Shown here: one piece after another, positions 57,405 through 64,000 of the stretch | Layout of the letters: each line of letters starts with the position of its first letter | How positions within the stretch are numbered: the first letter of the stretch is position 1 | NCBI GenBank assembly: GCA_963764165.1 | Contig: CAVXRD010000003.1 | Coordinates: forward strand, 128,001 to 192,000 | Reading direction: 5' to 3' | DNA from: an uncultured Verrucomicrobiae bacterium | GTDB lineage: Bacteria > Verrucomicrobiota > Verrucomicrobiia > Limisphaerales > Palsa-1400 | DNA: 64,000 nucleotides | Program-made: the position numbers and the translations under genes | The notes under the pieces: model-generated | What the model saw: the letters and a program-made list of their open reading frames with translations, nothing else | Told to the model about the DNA's origin: nothing | Databases searched by the model: none

Positions 57405-60400
57405 GTGTTCATCAAGCCTAAATCAAAAGAGTTTATTCGGAATCGGCTCTGCCATTGGGAGGTCGTCTCTTTCGCTGTCATGGCGATTTGTGGGCTGCTT
57501 TGCCCCGGGCTGGCGCGCGCGCAGGCTCCGGCTGCCCTGACGGATTTGGGGACAGTCGCGCCCAATCCGGGCAAATACGATGTTTCACAGTTGAGCGCCG
57601 CCGGCGAAGCGAACATGCCCGACGGCCTGAACTACTATACTGACAACCAGTCCAATCACGGCGCGGGCGAACCGGGGCAGACGTTTACGACGGGCACCAA
57701 CGCCCTCACTTATACGCTCAATACCCTGGCCATCCGCACGGGCGGGGGATCTTCTTCTGGAACAACCACTCCGCAAAGTTATTTGCTGCATATCTATTCT
57801 GTGAGCAATGGCACTGCGGCCGTAATAGCCACTTATATTGCAACGAATGTCACTTTCAACGATGGTGACTGGCTGCGGTGGAGTGGATTGGCGGTGACGT
57901 TTTCGCCTGCGAGCGTTTACGGCTATTCGTTCGGAAAAGCTTCCGGCGCCACCTCTGGATGGGATGGCATGGGAAACTCCGGGGGTAATCCTTACGCTGG
58001 CGGTGAGTTGGGGTTGCTGCCGGTTGCAGGTGGCGCAGTTACCTTTGGCGCCAGCCATAATTACGACGCCATTTTTGACATTGGACTGACTTCCAATGGT
58101 CCATCGGCGGCGGTGATCACGAATAATCCACCGACAGTGATCCAATCCACCTCTGCCACGCTGGCCGGAACAGTCCTATCCACTGGGGGCAGTGCGCCGG
58201 TGGTGAGGATTTTTTACGGACCGGCGGACGGCGGAACGAACGCCAACGCCTGGGCCAACAGCGTCGCGCTGGGAGCAGAATCCGGTGGTTTTTCAACGAC
58301 GGTGACGGGATTGTCCGCGAGCAAAACGTACTTTTTTGCCGCCCAAGCGTCAAACGTGTACGGGATTTCCTGGGCTCAACCGTCCGAAAATTTCACGACG
58401 CTGGCGGATACGAATCCGGCTCCAGCCGTGCTCACGGATTTGGGCGCCGCCGCGCCGACTCCGGGCTTGAACGACGTCTCCCAATTCAGCACGACGGGCG
58501 ATTCAGATACGCCGGACAATCTGAATTACTACACTGACAATCAACCTGGGCACAACGCTGGCGAGCCAGGCCAGACGTTTACGACTCCTGAGAATTCCTC
58601 CGGATTCCTGCTGGCTTCGGTCGCCCTGAAAACGGGTGGGGGAACCAGCTCCGGCACCACCACGCCGCAAGGGTATTTGCTCCATATTTATTCGGTGAGC
58701 AACGGCACAGCCTCGGTGCTGGCGACCTTCAGCGCCACAAACTTTGCTTTTAGTGACGGTGACTGGCTGCAATGGAGCGGCTTGAATGTGTCTCTCTCCG
58801 CAGGCGCTGTTTACGGTTATTCATTTGGCAAGATTTCAAGCGCGGTCGGAGGCTGGGAAGCGATGGCCAACGCCAGCGGCAGCCCTTACGCCGGTGGCGA
58901 ACTGGCCTTGATGCCGGTGGCCGGAGGATCGATTACTTTTGGCGCCAGTCATTCTTATGACGCGGTTTTCGACATCGGGCTGACCTCGACCGGCCCTCCC
59001 ACAGTGGCACGGATTGCAAACAGCCCGGCGACGGCGATCCAGGCGTCATCCGCTGCCTTGAATGGACAAGTGGTTGCCAGCGGCGGCAGCTTGCCGCTGA
59101 TTTCTTTTTTTTATGGGACCGTCGACGGCGGAACAAACGCCGCGGCGTGGTCCAATAGAATTACGGTTGGATCGGAATTGGGGAGTTTCACCGCGACTGT
59201 CACGGGGTTGCAGAGCAACTCGACGTACTACTACACGGCGGAAGCGTCCAACGCCGCGGGAGTTTCATGGGCTGTACCTTCCGCCAGTTTCACTACGCCC
59301 GCCACAGTATCCGTGCCGGCAGTGACGAATCTTCCCGCCACTTTCGTATCCGGAGCGACAGCGACCTTGAATGGACAGGTCCTCAATACGGGCAACGAGT
59401 GGCCGCTCATTTCCGTTTATTACGGAACAAACGATGGCGGGACAAATGCAGTCGCGTGGTCAAACGCAGTCTCCCTTCCGGCGCAATCCGGCCCTTTCAG
59501 CGCCCAGATTGTTGGATTAATTCAAGGTGTCAAATACTACTTCACCGTCTCCGCATCAAATTCGGCAGGAGTGAGCTGGGCACAGCCATCGCTTAGCTTC
59601 ACGACGTTGACCGTGACTCGGGTGCCAGTGCTGACCTATCATTACGATAACACCCGCCAGGGCTGGAATTCAAATGAAACGGCGCTTTCGCCAGCGAACG
59701 TCAATACGGCCAGCTTTGGGAAATTATTCACCTATGCGGTCGACGGATATGTCTATGCGCAGCCGCTGATTGTCACCAACTTGACCATTCCAGGCAGGGG
59801 AGTGCGCGATGTGGTTTTTGTGGCAACGGAGCACGACTCCATTTTTGCTTTTGACGCAAATAGCAATGGAGACGCCAGCGGCGGATTGCTTTGGAAAACA
59901 AATGTGGGAATCTCCGCTGTCTCTCCCTCCACTGAATATGGCTTGCGCTACCACGGGGTGGGAAATCTGGACATGGTTCCCGAAGAGGGCATGACGGGAG
60001 CGCCGGTCATTGACCTCGCCACCGGGACGCTTTTTGTGGACGCATTCACGCGGGAAGTCGTCGCTGGGATTTCCACCAATTACTATCATCGCATCCATGC
60101 CTTGAACATTACCAATGGAATGGAGCAGCCCTACAGTCCGGTGGTGGTCGCCGCCACGGTGCCTGGCACGGGCGTGTCTGGAAATGGAACGGGCAGCCCT
60201 GAAACAGAAAACGGAACCAATGTCACATTTTCAGCAATTCAAGAATGCCAGCGCCCGGCGCTGACATTGGCTGGCGGAGTATTATATGTATGCTATGGCA
60301 GTCATGATGACACTGACCCGTATCATGGCTGGGTCTTCGGCTACAATAGCACCAATCTGGCGATGTTAAGCGTTTTTAACACGACTCCGAATGCCACCCT

Positions 60401-63400
60401 GGCGGCTTTTGGCGGGAACGCGGGCGAGGGCGCCATCTGGATGAGTGGCAACGGACTGTGCGTGGATGCCAATACCAATTTGTATTTCCTGACCGGGAAT
60501 GGATCCTTCAGTCAAAACACCAACGGCGGCGATTACTCCGATAGCTTTGTCAAACTCTCCACCGCTTCCAACAAATTGACAGTGGCGGATTACTTTACGC
60601 CCTACAATCAAGCCTCGCTGCAAGCGAGTGACAGCGACTTGGGTTCGGGCGGCGTGATGCTATTGCCGGATTCCGCCGGCAGCACGAGTCATCCGCATCT
60701 TATTGTCGGCTGCGGCAAGGATGGGAACATCCGTCTCGTGGATCGGGACAACATGGGGCATTACAATGCCGCGAATGATAATCAAGCCGTGCAGGAGCTT
60801 CCGGGCGCGGTGGGCGGCACATGGAGTTCTCCCGCGTATTTCAATCATTTGATTTTTTACGAGGGCAGCGGCGATGTGATGAAAGCGTTCTACATCACGA
60901 ACGGCGTGATTTCGTCCACCCCGATTTCCCAATCGTCCACTAGCATCGGCTTTCCTGGCGCAACGCCAACCATTTCCTCCAGCGGCACGAACAATGGCAT
61001 CGCCTGGGTCATTGACGATGGAGCTTACTTGAGCAGCGGCCCGGCGGTGTTGCACGCTTACAATGCAACCAATCTCGCCATTGAACTGTATAATTCCAGC
61101 CAGGATTTGCCCCGTGACAATCCGGGCCCGGCTGTGAAAATGGTTCCTCCGGTTGTCGCGGGCGGCAAAGTGTATGTCGGCGCGCAATATGCCTTGTCGG
61201 TATTTGGCTCGGCTGTGTTTATGGCCGCTCCCACCATCTCGCCTGCCAGCGGGCCGTTCACCAACTCGATCACGGTGACCCTGGCCGACGCCAACGGCGG
61301 GGCTTCCATTTATTACACGCTGGACGGCACGGCGCCTTCCACAAGTTCTATCCTTTACACAGGACCATTCCTCTTGACAAACAGCGCCATAGTCCAGGCC
61401 ATTGCCGCGGCGCCAGGCGCTGTCAACAGCGCCGCGGTCAGCGCTTCGTTTCTGAACAGCGCCGCTTCGGGAGCCGGAATTGGACTGACCGGCAGCTACT
61501 TCGCCAATAGCACCAGCGCAAATCCCTTCGCCGGTTCTCCGGTGTTGACTCAGACAAATGCGACAATCAATTTCAACTGGGGCATGAACGGCCCAAGCCC
61601 GGTCGTTGGCGGGACTAATTTCACAGTGCGGTGGACGGGATCCATTCAACCACAATTCTCCGAGGCTTATACGCTTTACCTCACTGCCAATGCGGGCGCG
61701 CGCCTCTACATCAATGGTCAGTTGTTCATTAACGGCTGGCAAAACCAAACCAATGCCGCTACTCTTAGCAATAGCATCCCGCTGGTGGCGCAGCAGCTTT
61801 ATGGCATCGAGCTCGACTACTACCAAACGACCAACGATGCCAGCGTATCACTTTCGTGGAGCAGTCCGTCCACGCCGATGGCCATCGTGCCGGAAACGCA
61901 GCTTTATCCGTTCACCAATCCGCCCCCATCCGTAGCGCTCATTGCGCCGGCTAACGCTTCGAGTTACACCGCCGCCGCGAGTGTTTCCATGAGCGCCGAT
62001 GCCGATGCGCCTTACAATCCAATCAGCATGGTCAGCTTCTATGCCAATGGAAGTTTAATTGACAGCGTGACCAATCCTCCCTACACCGTCACTGTTACAG
62101 GGCTGGCGGCTGGCAATTACACTTTGACGGCGGTGGCTGTGGATGGCAGCGGGTTGAGCAGCACGACAGCGCCGATAAACATTGCTGTCACTGCGGCGAC
62201 TGGCCAGCCTTACGGGCTAACCAATCGCAGTCCTGCTCCCGCCTTTTTTAATATGCCAACGACGTTTGCCGGCCCGCTCCCGGGGCTCCTTTCCCAGACC
62301 GGGGTATTTGGCAATACTGCCAACATGGCGCCCGTCGGCGGTTTGATCCCCTATCTCCCCAATGTGCCGTTGTGGTCGGATGGCGCGTTGAAGACCCGAT
62401 ATTTCGCCGTCCCCGGCGGCGGTGGCATAGGCACGCCAAATCAACAGATATCGTTCGCCCCCACCGGCACGTGGAGCTTTCCCGCCGGGACGGTTTTTGT
62501 GAAGACTTTCCAATTAAACACAGACACAAGCAATCCCAACGTCTTGCACCGGCTGGAAACGCGCCTGCTGGTGCGCGACATCAACGGAGCCGTCTATGGC
62601 GTGACCTACAAATGGCGCCCTGACAACAGCGATGCGGATTTGCTCACGAACAGCTTGACCGAGCAGATATTAATCACGAATTCCACGGGTGTCGCCGCAC
62701 AGACGTGGTATTATCCAAGCCCGGCGGATTGCTTGCAGTGCCACACGGCCCCGGCCAATTACGTTTTGGGTGTCAGCACCCGGCAGTTGAACGGAAACGG
62801 GACCTATCCTTCCACCGGCGTCACGGACAATCAGTTGCGGGCGCTCAACCGCCTTGGCCTTTTTAATCCAGCGTTCGACGAAGCGTCCATAACGAACATG
62901 GAAAAGCTCTCGGCGCTGACTAACCTTGGCGCGCCTTTGGTGGAGCGCGCTCGTTCTTATTTGGATGCCAATTGCGCGCAATGCCATCAGCCGGGGGGCA
63001 CCGGCATTACCTTCGATGCCCGTTACGACACGCCGCTGGCCAGCCAGAATATCACCAACTATCCCGCCGCCATTTCGCTGGGTTACGACAATGCTTGCAT
63101 CATTAAATCGCAGGATATTTGGCGGTCGATGATTTACCAACGGATGAATACGACCAATGCCGGCGTCAAAATGCCTCCGCTGGCAAGAAATCTGATTGAC
63201 ACCAATGCCGTGGCGGTCATGGCCGGGTGGATCAACAGCCTGCCCGGAATTCCCGCGCTGGCGCCGCCGGTCATTACTCCGGACGGCGGCGCATTTTTCT
63301 CAACTGTGAGCATCAGCCTGGCGGCGCCGGATACCAATGCGGCCGTTTATTACACGCTGAACGGCTCCCTGCCCACCACCAATTCGTTCCTCTATGCCGG

Positions 63401-63713
63401 CCCGTTCGTTCTGGCCAGCAACGCCACCGTTTTGGCCAGCGCCTTCGAGCCTGATTTCAACCACAGCGTTTCGGCCAGCGCTCTTTTTGTCGTCGAGCCC
63501 GTCCAAATTTCCTTCGGGCAGTTTTTAACCAATGGGCAATTTCAGTTGCAAGTGATGGGCGCTCCGGGCAGCAACTACGTGCTGCAAGCGACCACAAATT
63601 TATTAAAATGGACGTCGTTGAGCACCAATCTTCTGCAGTCCAATTTGTTGTATCTCGTCGATCCCGGCGCCACCAACCACCCATTGCGCTTCTATCGCGT
63701 TCTTCAACAATAA
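57405..63713 (+). CDS. Giant secreted modular protein: two unrecognised modules, three FN3-like, PQQ-type propeller, Fn3-assoc, PA14, Ig, diheme cytochrome c (start uncertain)
   Basis: TYHYDN.R.G propeller start, IYYTLDG, RWTG.I.P PA14, PLWSDGA.K.R, CLQCH (62730) and CAQCH (62973), RFYR tail. Confidence 0.85.
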   Translation: MFIKPKSKEFIRNRLCHWEVVSFAVMAICGLLCPGLARAQAPAALTDLGTVAPNPGKYDVSQLSAAGEANMPDGLNYYTDNQSNHGAGEPGQTFTTGTNALTYTLNTLAIRTGGGSSSGTTTPQSYLLHIYSVSNGTAAVIATYIATNVTFNDGDWLRWSGLAVTFSPASVYGYSFGKASGATSGWDGMGNSGGNPYAGGELGLLPVAGGAVTFGASHNYDAIFDIGLTSNGPSAAVITNNPPTVIQSTSATLAGTVLSTGGSAPVVRIFYGPADGGTNANAWANSVALGAESGGFSTTVTGLSASKTYFFAAQASNVYGISWAQPSENFTTLADTNPAPAVLTDLGAAAPTPGLNDVSQFSTTGDSDTPDNLNYYTDNQPGHNAGEPGQTFTTPENSSGFLLASVALKTGGGTSSGTTTPQGYLLHIYSVSNGTASVLATFSATNFAFSDGDWLQWSGLNVSLSAGAVYGYSFGKISSAVGGWEAMANASGSPYAGGELALMPVAGGSITFGASHSYDAVFDIGLTSTGPPTVARIANSPATAIQASSAALNGQVVASGGSLPLISFFYGTVDGGTNAAAWSNRITVGSELGSFTATVTGLQSNSTYYYTAEASNAAGVSWAVPSASFTTPATVSVPAVTNLPATFVSGATATLNGQVLNTGNEWPLISVYYGTNDGGTNAVAWSNAVSLPAQSGPFSAQIVGLIQGVKYYFTVSASNSAGVSWAQPSLSFTTLTVTRVPVLTYHYDNTRQGWNSNETALSPANVNTASFGKLFTYAVDGYVYAQPLIVTNLTIPGRGVRDVVFVATEHDSIFAFDANSNGDASGGLLWKTNVGISAVSPSTEYGLRYHGVGNLDMVPEEGMTGAPVIDLATGTLFVDAFTREVVAGISTNYYHRIHALNITNGMEQPYSPVVVAATVPGTGVSGNGTGSPETENGTNVTFSAIQECQRPALTLAGGVLYVCYGSHDDTDPYHGWVFGYNSTNLAMLSVFNTTPNATLAAFGGNAGEGAIWMSGNGLCVDANTNLYFLTGNGSFSQNTNGGDYSDSFVKLSTASNKLTVADYFTPYNQASLQASDSDLGSGGVMLLPDSAGSTSHPHLIVGCGKDGNIRLVDRDNMGHYNAANDNQAVQELPGAVGGTWSSPAYFNHLIFYEGSGDVMKAFYITNGVISSTPISQSSTSIGFPGATPTISSSGTNNGIAWVIDDGAYLSSGPAVLHAYNATNLAIELYNSSQDLPRDNPGPAVKMVPPVVAGGKVYVGAQYALSVFGSAVFMAAPTISPASGPFTNSITVTLADANGGASIYYTLDGTAPSTSSILYTGPFLLTNSAIVQAIAAAPGAVNSAAVSASFLNSAASGAGIGLTGSYFANSTSANPFAGSPVLTQTNATINFNWGMNGPSPVVGGTNFTVRWTGSIQPQFSEAYTLYLTANAGARLYINGQLFINGWQNQTNAATLSNSIPLVAQQLYGIELDYYQTTNDASVSLSWSSPSTPMAIVPETQLYPFTNPPPSVALIAPANASSYTAAASVSMSADADAPYNPISMVSFYANGSLIDSVTNPPYTVTVTGLAAGNYTLTAVAVDGSGLSSTTAPINIAVTAATGQPYGLTNRSPAPAFFNMPTTFAGPLPGLLSQTGVFGNTANMAPVGGLIPYLPNVPLWSDGALKTRYFAVPGGGGIGTPNQQISFAPTGTWSFPAGTVFVKTFQLNTDTSNPNVLHRLETRLLVRDINGAVYGVTYKWRPDNSDADLLTNSLTEQILITNSTGVAAQTWYYPSPADCLQCHTAPANYVLGVSTRQLNGNGTYPSTGVTDNQLRALNRLGLFNPAFDEASITNMEKLSALTNLGAPLVERARSYLDANCAQCHQPGGTGITFDARYDTPLASQNITNYPAAISLGYDNACIIKSQDIWRSMIYQRMNTTNAGVKMPPLARNLIDTNAVAVMAGWINSLPGIPALAPPVITPDGGAFFSTVSISLAAPDTNAAVYYTLNGSLPTTNSFLYAGPFVLASNATVLASAFEPDFNHSVSASALFVVEPVQISFGQFLTNGQFQLQVMGAPGSNYVLQATTNLLKWTSLSTNLLQSNLLYLVDPGATNHPLRFYRVLQQ

Positions 63714-63789
63714 GCCTCAATACTACAGTTTTTGGTAGCTATGCGGCGCGAGGGCGGGCGGTTATGAATGGCGGACACCACCGAATCAC

Positions 63790-64000
63790 ATGATTACAAA
63801 AACGCACCTCTCTCGTGCCAACCTCCCCATTCTTTGCGCATTCGCCTCCGCTGTCTTCTTGACTTCGGCTGCTAACGGTCAAGTGACCTTGACCGATATC
63901 GGATCGACGGCGCCCACGCCGGGAACAAATGACATCTACCAGCTTGGCGGCGGGGGCGGAGAGCCATCCGGCCTGAATTATTATTGGGACGATGGCGCCA
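63790..64000 (+). CDS. Start of a secreted protein sharing the LTDxG module (runs off the window)
   Basis: MITKTHLSR...ANG-QVTLTDIGSTAPTPGTNDIYQL...PSGLNYY. Confidence 0.75.
   Translation, partial: MITKTHLSRANLPILCAFASAVFLTSAANGQVTLTDIGSTAPTPGTNDIYQLGGGGGEPSGLNYYWDDGA

Overview
A 64 kb chromosomal window, about 58% GC by eye, from a PVC-superphylum bacterium, most likely a Pedosphaerales-like Verrucomicrobiota. The lineage is indicated by the 51-aa PVC signature protein, an H-X9-DG pseudopilin and Thr/Asn-rich exoproteins ending in FYR/FFR. The left part holds a bufferin-type MNIO (DUF692) RiPP pair and housekeeping genes: pseudouridine synthase, folD, GSII, an N-terminal-half-only carB, a macrodomain, a PP2C and a gabD-like dehydrogenase. 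The middle holds signalling genes, a TonB-dependent receptor, decayed and intact TA modules, and an MFS/radical-SAM operon. The right part holds a putative glycan-sensing locus (two two-component systems around a pseudopilin and a four-CBM-like protein), a second TA hotspot and giant secreted proteins. The strongest novelty candidate is a ~1.7 kb mobile element (26721-28428). It encodes a ~533-aa protein with Rep_trans/gene II-like motifs and a C-terminal winged helix, has no terminal inverted repeats or target duplication, carries a hairpin at its 5' end, and appears to have inserted precisely into a short periodic repeat. At least five families of palindromic or MITE-like repeats are dispersed through the window. 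Two frameshifts are single-base insertions abutting GTAC, which suggests methylation-linked sequencing artefacts. No rRNA, tRNA or CRISPR array was seen. Family assignments are from motif recognition only; no searches were run.
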